In this document: in pieces, positions 11,007 through 20,316 of the stretch
Layout of the letters: every line of letters starts with the position of its first letter
How positions within the stretch are numbered: the first letter of the stretch is position 1
DNA from: Alkalilimnicola ehrlichii MLHE-1
GTDB taxonomy: Bacteria; Pseudomonadota; Gammaproteobacteria; Nitrococcales; Halorhodospiraceae
Length of the DNA: 32,000 bases
Reading direction: 5' to 3'
Assembly (NCBI RefSeq): GCF_000014785.1
Contig: NC_008340.1
Span: 900,001-932,000, forward strand
Translations under genes and position numbers: made by a program
Notes under the pieces: generated by a model
Seen by the model: only the letters and a program-made list of their open reading frames with translations
Told to the model about the DNA's origin: nothing
Database searches by the model: none

Positions 11007-13001
11007 ATGGCGGAGTGGCTCAACGCGGCGCTGGAATGGGTGGGGGCCAATCCGGGATGGGCCCTGGCCCTGCTCTTCCTGGCCGCGTTCTTTGAGGGGC
11101 TGATCGGCGCGGGCCTGCTGGTGCCCGGTGCCGCCCTACTGTTCGGTGCCGGGGTGCTCATCGGTGGTGGCCAGTTGCCCTTCTGGCCCAGCCTGGTGCT
11201 CGCTTATCTCGGCGCGGTGCTCGGCGACTCGGTCAGCTTCTGGCTCGGGCGCCGCTACGGCCCCTGGCTGCGCGGGAGTTGGCCGCTGCGGCGATACCCC
11301 GGCGTGCTCGACAAGAGCATCGCGTTCTTTCAGTCCCACGGCGCGAAGAGCGTCATCCTGGGCCGATTCATAGGCCCCAGTCGCGGGGTCATTCCGGCCG
11401 TGGCCGGCATGATGCGCATGCCTGCCGGCCGCTTCATGCTGGCCAACCTGGCCTCGGGGCTGGTCTGGGCACCCGCCTACCTCTTCCCGGGCATGGTGCT
11501 GGGGGCGTCCATGGCGGTGGCCCTGTCGGTCACCACCCGGCTCATCACCCTGGTGGTGCTGGTCCTGGGGACGTCCTGGGTGGTCTGGTGGGTCGGTCGT
11601 CGCTGGGTGCGCCCCCGCCTGCGGGCCTGGGGCACGCGCATGGCTTGGTCGGCCCGCCGCTGGGGGCGGATGCACCCCCTGCTCGGTCAGGCCCTGTGGC
11701 CCTCCCGGCAGGCCTTCCTGGCGCTGGGGCATCACCTGGGCCGGTTGTGGTGGATTGCCCTGGCCCTGCTGGGTGCACTCAGCGTCCGGCTCTGGTTGCT
11801 GGGTGGGCCCACGCTGCCGGATGAGGCCACCCTGGGCTACTTCCAGTATCTGGTCCCCGCCTGGATGCACCGCGCGCTCTGGGGGCCCGCCGTGCTGATC
11901 GATCCCCAAGCCTGGCTACCGCCACTGTTGTTGGGGCTGATGTGGTTGCTGTGGTCCCGGCGTTTCCGCGTTGCCCTGGCGCTGGCCGGGGCGGTGACCT
12001 CCGCCTGGCTGATGGGCTGGGGGCTGGGCTGGTGGCTCGGCGCGGTGGACCCCGAGCCACTCTATCAGGCCGCGCCCCCCCACCACTTCCCGGATCCTGA
12101 CATGGCGGCGCTGGCGGCCCTGCTGATTGCGACGGTGCTTCTCGCCACCGCCACCTACGGCTTTCTGCGCCGGCAGTTGCTGCTGCTGGGCGCGGTGGTG
12201 CTGCTCGGGGTGGCCGCGGCGGCGGTGCTGGTTGGGCGGATCTGGGTGGTGGATGCCCTGGGGGGGCTGTTGCTGGGGGCGGTCGCCGCCGGGATGGTGG
12301 TGCTGGCGCGGTTGAACACCACCCGGCGGCGACCGGAGCGGGTGCTGCCCCTGCTCAGCGTCGGGGTGCTCTGTCTGGCTGGTGCGGTGCACGCCGTACA
12401 GGACGTGGATACCCTGCGCGAGCGGATTGCCCTGTCCTCGGGGTGGCCCACGGTGACCCTGTCGGAATGGCTGGCCGGTGACCCGCCCGCCGGTCAGGGG
12501 CGCGAGCAGCGCTGGCTGGACGGGGGGCGCCGGCCGGTGGATTTCCAGTGGCTGGCCACCGGCGAGCGGCTGCGCGAGAAGCTGGGCCAGGCCGGCTGGG
12601 TGGCACCGGACAGTGGCCTGACCGGCGCGCTACGCTGGCTGCAGCCGGAACCCGGTCTGGAGGCCCTGCCGCCGCTGCCGCGCTGGCACCGGGGCCGGCT
12701 GCCCGCCGTGGTCAGGGTGCAGCCCCTGTCCGAAGACGAACGTTGGGTCCTGCGGCTTTGGCCGGCCACCTTCCACCTGGTGGACAGCCCGCGCCGGCTC
12801 TGGCTGGGCAGTCTGGAACGGGAGCGGCTCTACCCCGGCTGGCCGATGGTCTGGACCGAGGGGGTGGCCGTGGACGTGGCCCATAAGCAGGCCCTGGCTG
12901 AGTTCCTTGCCGGCGATGAGGCGCTGCTCCAGGTGGAGCCCGGCCTCCCCACCCGCATCCTATCGCTGCCGTGGCAGGAAGGGCCACAGGAGGGGGAGTG
13001 A
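11007..13001 (+). CDS. Fusion membrane protein: N-terminal DedA/VTT domain, central PAP2-like transmembrane segment, C-terminal LssY_C-like domain
   Basis: 664 aa; FFEGLIGAGLLVPGAALLFGAGVLI and FIGPSRGVIPAVAGMMRMPAGRF are DedA-like; the central region aligns by position with PAP2 (HHFPDPDMAA, GRIWVVDALGGLLLG); the C-terminal region (KLGQAGWVAPDSGL..., PLPRWHRGRLPAVVRVQP) resembles LssY_C. Confidence 0.85.
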   Translation: MAEWLNAALEWVGANPGWALALLFLAAFFEGLIGAGLLVPGAALLFGAGVLIGGGQLPFWPSLVLAYLGAVLGDSVSFWLGRRYGPWLRGSWPLRRYPGVLDKSIAFFQSHGAKSVILGRFIGPSRGVIPAVAGMMRMPAGRFMLANLASGLVWAPAYLFPGMVLGASMAVALSVTTRLITLVVLVLGTSWVVWWVGRRWVRPRLRAWGTRMAWSARRWGRMHPLLGQALWPSRQAFLALGHHLGRLWWIALALLGALSVRLWLLGGPTLPDEATLGYFQYLVPAWMHRALWGPAVLIDPQAWLPPLLLGLMWLLWSRRFRVALALAGAVTSAWLMGWGLGWWLGAVDPEPLYQAAPPHHFPDPDMAALAALLIATVLLATATYGFLRRQLLLLGAVVLLGVAAAAVLVGRIWVVDALGGLLLGAVAAGMVVLARLNTTRRRPERVLPLLSVGVLCLAGAVHAVQDVDTLRERIALSSGWPTVTLSEWLAGDPPAGQGREQRWLDGGRRPVDFQWLATGERLREKLGQAGWVAPDSGLTGALRWLQPEPGLEALPPLPRWHRGRLPAVVRVQPLSEDERWVLRLWPATFHLVDSPRRLWLGSLERERLYPGWPMVWTEGVAVDVAHKQALAEFLAGDEALLQVEPGLPTRILSLPWQEGPQEGE

Positions 13002-13008
13002 AGGCGGC

Positions 13009-13455
13009 TCAGCGTGGCCGGGCAACCCGCTGCTCCAGGGCCTCCAGCGCCCGCAGGTAGGCGGCTTCGTCCGGCTGGCGGCCGTCCCGCTGGGCCTGCC
13101 ACAGGCCCTCGGCCAGCGGCTCCATCATCAGATGCTCGGCCTCCAGGGGGTCGCCCAAGGCGCGGCTGACGTTCTGGTGGATGCGGCGGATACCGGCCGG
13201 CCGGTCGGTGGCCACCTGTTCGCGCAGGGCGATGTGCAGGCCCATGTGCAGGAAGGGGTTGGTCTCCCCGTCCTCTGGCAGGTAATCGCGCTGCAGCGCC
13301 TTGTCCTCGTTGCGCAGCAGCGGGTGGTACTCCGGGTGTTGGGCGACCACCTCACCCACCATCGCCTCCAAGGGCTCCAGCACGCCGCCGGCCTGATACT
13401 TGCGCCAGGCCTCCAGGTAGAAGCGGCGCATCTGTTCACGATCAGAGAAAAACAT
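13009..13455 (-). CDS. DUF1841 family protein
   Basis: MFFSDREQMRRFYLEAWRKYQAGGVLEPLEAMVGEVVAQHPEYHPLL...NPFLHMGLHIALREQVATDRPAGI pattern of the DUF1841 family. Confidence 0.85.
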   Translation of the reverse strand: MFFSDREQMRRFYLEAWRKYQAGGVLEPLEAMVGEVVAQHPEYHPLLRNEDKALQRDYLPEDGETNPFLHMGLHIALREQVATDRPAGIRRIHQNVSRALGDPLEAEHLMMEPLAEGLWQAQRDGRQPDEAAYLRALEALEQRVARPR

Positions 13456-13500
13456 CGGACCTCCGCTGGGTACGCCCGGGGCAGGCCGCCGGGCCCGGGC

Positions 13501-14136
13501 TCAGGGTTCGACCTTGTCGGGGAATTCGCACAGATCCTCGATGACACAGGCGCCGCACCGGGGCTTGCGGGCCACGCAGGTATACCGCCCGTGGAGGATC
13601 AGCCAGTGGTGGGCGTCGCGCTTGAATTCGTCGGGGACCACCCGGATCAGTTTGTCCTCCACCTGTCGGACGGTGTTCCCCGGGGCCAGGCCGGTGCGGT
13701 TGCTGACCCGGAAGATGTGGGTGTCCACGGCGATGGTGGGCTCGCCGAAGGCGGTGTTGAGGATCACGTTGGCGGTCTTCCGGCCCACGCCGGGCAGGGC
13801 CTCCAGGGCCTTGCGGTCACGCGGCACCTCGCCGCCGTGCCGTTCCAGCAGGATGCGGCAGGTCTTGATGATATTGGCGGCCTTGCTGTTGTACAGCCCG
13901 ATATGGCGGATGTAGTCCTTCAGTCCCTCCTCACCCAGTTCCAGGATGGCCTCCGGCGTGTTGGCCACCGGGAACAGCCGGGCGGTGGCCTTGTTGACAC
14001 TGACGTCGGTGGCCTGGGCGGAGAGGGCGACAGCCACCAGCAGCTCGAAGGGGGTGCCGTACTCCAGTTCGGTGGTGGGTTCGGGCATGTGGGCCCGCAG
14101 GCGGCTGAACAGCGCGTTGATCTTGGCCTTGGTCAT
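13501..14136 (-). CDS. nth: Endonuclease III
   Basis: 211 aa; LLVAVALSAQATDVSVNKAT, LPGVGRKTANVILN (HhH), VDTHIFRVSNR, and C-terminal Fe-S ligands CVARKPRCGACVIEDLC. Confidence 0.98.
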   Translation of the reverse strand: MTKAKINALFSRLRAHMPEPTTELEYGTPFELLVAVALSAQATDVSVNKATARLFPVANTPEAILELGEEGLKDYIRHIGLYNSKAANIIKTCRILLERHGGEVPRDRKALEALPGVGRKTANVILNTAFGEPTIAVDTHIFRVSNRTGLAPGNTVRQVEDKLIRVVPDEFKRDAHHWLILHGRYTCVARKPRCGACVIEDLCEFPDKVEP

Positions 14137-14165
14137 GGTGAAACGGGGGTACCTGAGTCATTCGA

Positions 14166-14891
14166 TCAGGCTATTGTAACCCGGTTGCCCCGGCCGTCGT
14201 CGTCCAGGTGGTCCACCACCGCGAGCGCACCGCTGAAGTCGTCGTCGCGGGTCCAGGCGTTGCGGGTGATCAGCGTGGGCAGGCCGGCCCCGAGTGCCGC
14301 CCTCAGCCCGTTCACCGAGTCCTCCAGTGCCAGGCACTCGCTGGCAGGCAGCGCCAGCCGCTGCAGCGCGACCTGGTAGGCGTCGGGGGCGGGCTTCTTG
14401 CGGGGCACGTCGTCGCCGGCGACCACCACCTCGAAGTGAGGGCGAAGGTCGACGCCCAGCACGTGGCGGAAGAGCGCCTCCACGTTCTCGTGGGCGCTGG
14501 TGGTCACCACCGCCAGCTTTATATCCGCCTCAATGGCCTCGCGAATCAGCCGGAGGACCCCGGGGCGCGGCGGGATGAGTCCCTGTTCCAGGCGGCAGGC
14601 ATAGTGGCGGTTCTTGGCCTGATGCAGGCGTCGGGCCAAGTCGGCGACGGGTTCTGAGGGGCGAAAGGCATCGCTGCGCCGCTGCAGCTCATACTGCAAG
14701 CGTTCGCGCCCCCCGGGCACCTCCCGGAGCAGTTCGCGATAGCGTTCAGCGCCCCAGCGCCAGGGCAGGTCGTACTCGGCAAAGGCGGCGTTGAACGCAG
14801 GCAGGTGCCCCTCACCCTCGGTATCCGCCAGGGTGCCGTCCACATCGAAGAGCAGCGCCCTCAGGGGACGGATGTGCTCGCTCAGTCTCAT
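14166..14891 (-). CDS. HAD-superfamily hydrolase, CbbY/beta-phosphoglucomutase-like
   Basis: [25 protein letters not shown] motif [40 protein letters not shown]. Confidence 0.88.
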   Translation of the reverse strand: MRLSEHIRPLRALLFDVDGTLADTEGEGHLPAFNAAFAEYDLPWRWGAERYRELLREVPGGRERLQYELQRRSDAFRPSEPVADLARRLHQAKNRHYACRLEQGLIPPRPGVLRLIREAIEADIKLAVVTTSAHENVEALFRHVLGVDLRPHFEVVVAGDDVPRKKPAPDAYQVALQRLALPASECLALEDSVNGLRAALGAGLPTLITRNAWTRDDDFSGALAVVDHLDDDGRGNRVTIA

Positions 14892-15574
14892 GCTCCGCTC
14901 CTGCGCTGCTCCAGCCAGTTCTTGCCCGCCAGGATCAGGCCCAGCCCGATAAAGGCCCCCGGTGGGAGCAGGGCGATGAGATAGCCGGGATAATCCGGGA
15001 TCAGGGTGATCTCCAGGCCCCGGCCGGCCTCGCCCAGCAGCAGGTGGGCGTTGCTCAGCAGCGTGCCCTGACCCAGCGCCTCGCGCATCGCGCCCAGTAA
15101 CAGCAGCACCGCGCCGAAACCCACCCCCATCATCAGCCCGTCCAGCGCCGCGCGCCCCGGCGGATTGCGCGCGGCGAAGGCCTCGGCCCGGCCGAGAATG
15201 GCGCAGTTGGTGACAATGAGGGGGATGAAGATCCCCAGCACCAGGTAGAGCTGGTGGAACCAGGCCTCCATGATCAGCTCCACGGCGGTCACAAACGAGG
15301 CGATCACCAGGACGAAAACCGGGATACGCACCTCCGTGCGCACCTGGTTACGGATCAGCGACACCGTCAGGTTGGAGGCCACCAGCACCAGCAGTGTGGC
15401 CAGGGCCAGCCCGGCCGCGTTCACCACGGTACCGGTGACCGCCAGCAGCGGGCAGAGCCCCAGCAACTGCACCAGCGCCGGGTTGTTCTCCCACAGCCCC
15501 TTGCGGGCGATCTCCTGAAACGCCGAGGGCGCGCGCCCGGGCGTTTCTGTTGTCGGTAAGGTGTCAGTCGTCAT
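14888..15574 (-). CDS. rnfE: Rnf/Rsx electron transport complex subunit E
   Basis: [44 protein letters not shown]; [17 protein letters not shown]; ends with a 4-nt overlap with the HAD gene. Confidence 0.96.
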   Translation of the reverse strand: MTTDTLPTTETPGRAPSAFQEIARKGLWENNPALVQLLGLCPLLAVTGTVVNAAGLALATLLVLVASNLTVSLIRNQVRTEVRIPVFVLVIASFVTAVELIMEAWFHQLYLVLGIFIPLIVTNCAILGRAEAFAARNPPGRAALDGLMMGVGFGAVLLLLGAMREALGQGTLLSNAHLLLGEAGRGLEITLIPDYPGYLIALLPPGAFIGLGLILAGKNWLEQRRSGA

Positions 15575-15805
15575 GGCATTAGTGCCTCATCAGCCGCTGT
15601 CCTGGGTTGCCCTTCTGGTATTTCGAGGTCGCGTCTTCCGGGGGCTCACGAGTGGCTATGGCGGCGGTCCCGGGGTTGGGGTGACGGATACGCTGTGAAT
15701 ACCTCCCTGTAAGCTCGACGCCGGACTACCGCCGCCAGAAGCACCCCTCTCGCAGCCCCCACAAACGCCGCCCCACAAAGCCCAAATTCCGACCCCCATC
15801 CGCTT
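15575..15805 (-). other. 231-nt non-coding interruption between rnfG and rnfE, containing a possible dispersed intergenic repeat
   Basis: No plausible CDS. Contains GGGGTTGGGGTGACGGATACGCTGTGAATACCTCCCTGTAAGCTCGACGCCGG (about 15672-15724), resembling intergenic repeats I recall from halophilic/alkaliphilic gammaproteobacteria (from memory, not searched). Confidence 0.45.
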
Positions 15806-16468
15806 TCAGTCCCGCGGTGGGTCATCCACCTCCACGGCCTCCTCCGCGGCTTCGAGTTCGGGAAAAACCTCACCCCGATGCGCCTCAAACCACTCCAACC
15901 CCCGCCGCACCGCATGCACCACCGCCCGCGGTGTCACCGTCGCCCCGGTGAACTGATCAAAATCCCCGCCGTCGCGACGCACCGTCCAGCGCTCAACCGG
16001 TGGATCCCCCAACGACCGGCCTTCGAAATCCCGCACCCAGTCCGACCGGTCCGCCTCGATCAGGTCACCCAGCCCAGGCGTCTCCTGGTGCTGTACCACC
16101 CGGACCCCCGTCAGCGTCCCGTCCCGCTTCACCCCCATCAGCAGGCGGATACGGCCGTTGTACCCGTCCGGCGCCACCACCGTCAGGATCGCCGCCACCG
16201 GCTCACCCGCCCGCCGCGCCCGGTACACCGTCAGCGCCTCCCCGGGCCGGCCCAGCGCCGCCCCCGGCACCGCCACGGTATCCTCATGCAGCGCATTGTC
16301 GTACAGCCGCTCGGGGAGCACCTCCTGCAAACGCCGCAACAGCGTCGCCTCCCGCTCCGCGGCGATGCGCTCCGCGGTCATCTCATGGGTGACCACCACC
16401 AGCGTCGTCCCCGCGGCCGCAAACCCGCCGAGAATGCCGGCCGCCAACAGGATGTTGCGCAACGTCAT
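15806..16468 (-). CDS. rnfG: Rnf/Rsx electron transport complex subunit G
   Basis: 220 aa; DGYNGRIRLLMGVKRDGTLTGVRVVQHQETPGLGDLIE, FDQFTGATVTPRAVVHAVRRGLEWF (flavinylation-type S/TGAT motif). Confidence 0.95.
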   Translation of the reverse strand: MTLRNILLAAGILGGFAAAGTTLVVVTHEMTAERIAAEREATLLRRLQEVLPERLYDNALHEDTVAVPGAALGRPGEALTVYRARRAGEPVAAILTVVAPDGYNGRIRLLMGVKRDGTLTGVRVVQHQETPGLGDLIEADRSDWVRDFEGRSLGDPPVERWTVRRDGGDFDQFTGATVTPRAVVHAVRRGLEWFEAHRGEVFPELEAAEEAVEVDDPPRD

Positions 16469-17421
16469 CCCGTGGCCCTCCGTGGCCGGAAACAGTAGTC
16501 AATGAACGGTGCGGCGCCGTTCATCAACAACACCGCGAAGGCCACCCCGTCGGGGTAACCGCCGAACTCCCGGATCAGCAGCGCCAGGGCCCCGATACCG
16601 GCGCCATAGACCCAGCGGCCGCGGGCGGTCGTCGCTGCCGACACCGGGTCTGTGGCCACGAAAAAGGCGCCCAGCAGCGTCCCCCCGGCCAGCAGATGGA
16701 ACAGTGGATCCGGCTGCTCCCCGGGCAGCAGCCAGAGCAGGGTGGCCAGCAGCGCCATGGCGCCCAGCATCCCCGCCGGGATGCGAAAGTCGATCAGTCT
16801 GCACCGGAGCAGCCAGAGCCCCCCGGCCAGGAACAGCAGCGGTGCCACCATCCAGCCCGGGCCGCTCTCCACGGCCAGGGCGCCGCCGGGCGGCGCGCCG
16901 GTGTGAAGCAGATCCAGCGGCGTGGCCCCGGTGAGTGCGTCCAGGGTGGGCGCATCCAGGCCCACGAGGACTCCACGCACCGCCTCCCAGGCCCCCACAG
17001 GCCAGTCGCCCGGGGCGGCCGCCGGGAACCAGAAGGTCATCTCCCGGGGAAAGGCGATCAGCGCCATCACGTAGCCGACCATGGCCGGGTTGAAGGGGTT
17101 GAAGCCCAGCCCCCCGTAGAGGTGTTTGCCAAAGAGGACGGCAAACAGGGTGGCACTCGCCGTCACCCACCAGGGGGCCAGCGGCGGCACCGCCAGCGCC
17201 AGGATCCAGCCGGTGACCAGGACGCTGTGATCGCTCAGCGCCGCTGTGGCCGGGCGGCGGCGCAGCCACTGCACCGCAGCCTCCACTGCAACAGCGGTCA
17301 CCAGCGCCACGGCCAGGTGGACGAACACGCCCACGCCCTGGAACCAGGCCAGCGCCAGGGTGCCGGGCACCAGGGCGTAAAGCACCTGGCGCATGATCGC
17401 GGCCACGCCCGGGCCGCCCAC
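16465..17421 (-). CDS. rnfD: Rnf/Rsx electron transport complex subunit D (start may be internal, at MRQVLYALVPGTLALAWFQ)
   Basis: GGLGFNPFNPAMVGYVMALIAFPREMTFW; DALTGATPLDLL flavinylation-type motif; ATDPVSAATTARGRWVYGAGIG. Confidence 0.96.
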   Translation of the reverse strand: MGGPGVAAIMRQVLYALVPGTLALAWFQGVGVFVHLAVALVTAVAVEAAVQWLRRRPATAALSDHSVLVTGWILALAVPPLAPWWVTASATLFAVLFGKHLYGGLGFNPFNPAMVGYVMALIAFPREMTFWFPAAAPGDWPVGAWEAVRGVLVGLDAPTLDALTGATPLDLLHTGAPPGGALAVESGPGWMVAPLLFLAGGLWLLRCRLIDFRIPAGMLGAMALLATLLWLLPGEQPDPLFHLLAGGTLLGAFFVATDPVSAATTARGRWVYGAGIGALALLIREFGGYPDGVAFAVLLMNGAAPFIDYCFRPRRATG

Positions 17422-17456
17422 CTGATGGGGGGAGCTGCGACGGGAGAACTCCAGGG

Positions 17457-19004
17457 CTATTCCTCCTTTTCCGGCGTCTTCTTCTTGTTGCGGGCTCGCG
17501 CCAGGGCGGCGTCGATGGTGGCCTTGCGATCGTCCTTGCCCTGCTTCAGGGCGGCCTTTTTGCGGCGGCGCCGTTCCGCCTGTTCGCGCTTTTCGCGCTC
17601 CAGACGCTCCTGGCGGAACTCATGGCGCCGGCGAGCCAGCTCCGCCCGGGCCTTCTCCTGTTCCTTCTGGGCGATGGCCCCCTTGGCATGCCGGAAGTAC
17701 TGCACCAGGGGGATATGGCTGGGGCAGACCCAGGCGCAGGCGCCGCACTCGATGCAGTCGAACACCCCCCAGTCATCGGCGTGTTCATAGTCGCGGGCCC
17801 GGGTGTGCCAGTAGATCTGCTGCGGGGCCAGCCTCTCCGGACAGGCCTCGGCGCAGGCCCCGCAGCGGATGCAGGGCATGGGCGGCTCCGCCGGCGGCAG
17901 TTCCGAGGGAGTGGCGGCGAGCAGGCAGTTGCTCGCCTTGATCAGGGGCACGTCATCGCTGAGCAGGGCGGTGCCCATCAGGCTGCCGCCCATCACCAGT
18001 TGGTAGACCCCGTCGTGGTAACCGCCGCAGTGGTCGATGAGTTCCGCCATCGGGGTGCCGATGCGGGCCTCGACATTGGCCGGTCGCCGGACGCCGTCAC
18101 CGGTGATCGTGACGATGCGTCGGATCAGGGGCTCACCGTGTCGTATGGCGCGGTGGATGGCGGCGAAGGTGCCGACGTTGGAGGTGATCACGCCCACGTC
18201 CTTGGGCAGGCCGTCGCTAGGCACACGACGGCCGGTGAGGTTGTGAATGAGCTGTCGTTCACTGCCTGCCGGGTAGCGCTTGGGGACGTCCACCACCGCC
18301 CAGTCCCGGCGGCCGTCGTCGGCCAGGCCACTGGCGGCCAGGGCGTCGCGCAAGGCCCGGGCGGCCTCCGGCTTGTCGCCCTCCACAGCGATCCGTATCC
18401 GGACCACGTTGAGCATGTCTGCAGCGGTGGCGACGCCGTCCAGGATTTGCTCCGGGCGCTCCCGCATCAGCCGGTCGTCACAGGTGATGTGGGTGTCGCA
18501 TTCCACGCCATTGGCGATCAACGTGTCGGGCAGCGTATCCGATGGCGGGTTGAGCTTGATGGCGGTGGGAAAGGCGGCGCCGCCCAGGCCGACGATGCCC
18601 GCCTCGCGCACCCGTGCCCGCAGGACCCTCGCCGGCGTCCCGGCCGGGTCGTCGATCACCGCCATTGGGGGGGCGGCGCGGTCGTCGCCATCGCTCTCGA
18701 TCACGATGCAGGGGGCGGCGAGGCCCGAGGGGTGCGGGACTTGGCGGTCTTCGATGGCCACCACGGTGCCGGAGGTGCTGGCATGGACCGGTGCGCAGAC
18801 GTAGTTGTCCGCCTGCGCCACCATTTGCCCCCGCAACACCCGCTCGCCCACCGATACCACCGGCTCGGCAGGTTCGCCCACGTGCTGGTGTAGCGGCAGG
18901 ATCAGGGTGCGGGGCAACGGGCCGGGCTCGATGGGGCGGTCGCGGGTGAACCGTCGGCCATCGAGTGTCAGCCCCCCAGCGAAGCCGTAAAGGCCTCCGC
19001 TCAC
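17457..19004 (-). CDS. rnfC: Rnf/Rsx electron transport complex subunit C
   Basis: [51 protein letters not shown]; two 4Fe-4S motifs [15 protein letters not shown] and [17 protein letters not shown]. Confidence 0.97.
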   Translation of the reverse strand: MSGGLYGFAGGLTLDGRRFTRDRPIEPGPLPRTLILPLHQHVGEPAEPVVSVGERVLRGQMVAQADNYVCAPVHASTSGTVVAIEDRQVPHPSGLAAPCIVIESDGDDRAAPPMAVIDDPAGTPARVLRARVREAGIVGLGGAAFPTAIKLNPPSDTLPDTLIANGVECDTHITCDDRLMRERPEQILDGVATAADMLNVVRIRIAVEGDKPEAARALRDALAASGLADDGRRDWAVVDVPKRYPAGSERQLIHNLTGRRVPSDGLPKDVGVITSNVGTFAAIHRAIRHGEPLIRRIVTITGDGVRRPANVEARIGTPMAELIDHCGGYHDGVYQLVMGGSLMGTALLSDDVPLIKASNCLLAATPSELPPAEPPMPCIRCGACAEACPERLAPQQIYWHTRARDYEHADDWGVFDCIECGACAWVCPSHIPLVQYFRHAKGAIAQKEQEKARAELARRRHEFRQERLEREKREQAERRRRKKAALKQGKDDRKATIDAALARARNKKKTPEKEE

Positions 19005-19561
19005 GCCACCTCCCGGCGCGCCGTATCATTTTGGGGCAGGGGCCAATGCCACTCGGCCAAGTCCAGGTCCACCGGTACCATGTGGATGCAGTCCACCGGG
19101 CAGGGATCGACACAGAGCCCGCAGCCGGTGCATTCGCCCTTGAGCACGGTGTGCATCTGCTTGGCCGCGCCCAGAATCGCGTCCACCGGACAGGCCTGGA
19201 TGCAGCGGGTACAGCCGATACACACGGCCTCATCGACCCAGGCCACCTGGGGGGTGTGCGGGGCCTCGCCTCGCTCCTCGTCCAGCGGCAGGGGCTCCAC
19301 GCCCAGCAGGTCGGCCAGGGTCTGGACGGTGTCCTGGCCACCGGGGGGGCAACGGTTGATCTCGGCCTCACCGGCGGCGATGGCCTCGGCGTAGGGCCGG
19401 CAACCACCGAAGCCGCACTGGCCGCATTGGGTCTGTGGTAGCACCGCGTCGACCTGGTCGGCAATGGGGTTGCCCTCCACCCGGAAGCGCACGGCGGCAA
19501 AGCCGAGCAGGGCGCCCGCGATCAGGGCCAGGGCCGTGAGTGCCAGTATCGGTGTCAGCAT
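19001..19561 (-). CDS. rnfB: Rnf/Rsx electron transport complex subunit B
   Basis: [62 protein letters not shown]. Confidence 0.97.
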   Translation of the reverse strand: MLTPILALTALALIAGALLGFAAVRFRVEGNPIADQVDAVLPQTQCGQCGFGGCRPYAEAIAAGEAEINRCPPGGQDTVQTLADLLGVEPLPLDEERGEAPHTPQVAWVDEAVCIGCTRCIQACPVDAILGAAKQMHTVLKGECTGCGLCVDPCPVDCIHMVPVDLDLAEWHWPLPQNDTARREVA

Positions 19562-19603
19562 GATCGATTCCCTTGCCGCTCAAGCCAGTCGTTGGGTAAT
19601 GGG

Positions 19604-20185
19604 CTAGAGGCGAACCAGCCCGGCAAAACCCATGAACCCCATCGACAAAATGCCCGCCGTAACCAGTGCCACCGAGGCGCCCCGAAAGGGCAGGGGCACG
19701 TCCGCCACCTCCAACCGCTCGCGTAAAGCGGCAAACAGCACCAGCACCAGTGAGAAACCAGCGGCAGCGCCGAACCCGTACACTGCCGATTGCAGCAGAG
19801 AGTTCTGCTCCTGCAGATTGAGCAGGGCCACGCCCAGCACCGCGCAGTTGGTGGTGATCAGCGGCAGATAGATGCCCAGCACCTGGTGCAGCAACGGACT
19901 GGTCTTGCGCACCGCCATCTCCGTGAACTGCACGACCACGGCGATCACCATGATGAAGGTGATCGTGCGCAGGTACTCCACACCCAGTGGCGCCAGCAGG
20001 TACTCATAGGCCAGGTAGCTGCACACCGCCGAGAGCGTCAGCACGAAGGTGGTCGCCAGGGCCATCCCCATGGCGGTCTCCAACTGTCGCGAGACGCCCA
20101 TGAAGGGGCAGAGCCCCAGGAACTTGACCAGGACGAAATTATTGACCAGGACTGTGGAGACCAGAATGAGCGCCAGTTCCGTCAC
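19604..20185 (-). CDS. rnfA: Rnf/Rsx electron transport complex subunit A
   Basis: [50 protein letters not shown]; 193 aa, first gene of the rnf cluster. Confidence 0.97.
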   Translation of the reverse strand: MTELALILVSTVLVNNFVLVKFLGLCPFMGVSRQLETAMGMALATTFVLTLSAVCSYLAYEYLLAPLGVEYLRTITFIMVIAVVVQFTEMAVRKTSPLLHQVLGIYLPLITTNCAVLGVALLNLQEQNSLLQSAVYGFGAAAGFSLVLVLFAALRERLEVADVPLPFRGASVALVTAGILSMGFMGFAGLVRL

Positions 20186-20275
20186 GATTCCGTCCAGGAG
20201 TATCAGAACGCCCCGTTGTCGCGGGCAAGATTCCGGATAAATGGCACCTTAACGCCACACTAGGCTTTGATCCAG

Positions 20276-20305
20276 TGGCGCGTTGCCGCAGGTTGCAACG
20301 CGCCA
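20276..20305 (-). terminator. Stem-loop between metG and rnfA (possible terminator lacking a strong U-tract)
   Basis: Perfect 11-bp inverted repeat TGGCGCGTTGC-(8)-GCAACGCGCCA, 11 nt downstream of the metG stop on the minus strand. Confidence 0.5.
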
Positions 20306-20316
20306 TTATCGGCGGA

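Noticed and set aside
9632-11161. 509-aa minus-strand ORF antisense to hemL
   Set aside because: Shadow ORF over a conserved hemL.
12907-14379. 490-aa plus-strand ORF spanning the DedA gene end, DUF1841 and nth
   Set aside because: Antisense to two recognisable genes with no protein-family features; shadow ORF.
15646-15915. 89-aa minus-strand ORF in the rnfG-rnfE gap
   Set aside because: Overlaps the rnfG 3' end in another frame and the repeat-like sequence; composition not protein-like.
17622-18893. 423-aa plus-strand ORF antisense to rnfC
   Set aside because: Shadow ORF over clear rnfC with paired 4Fe-4S motifs.
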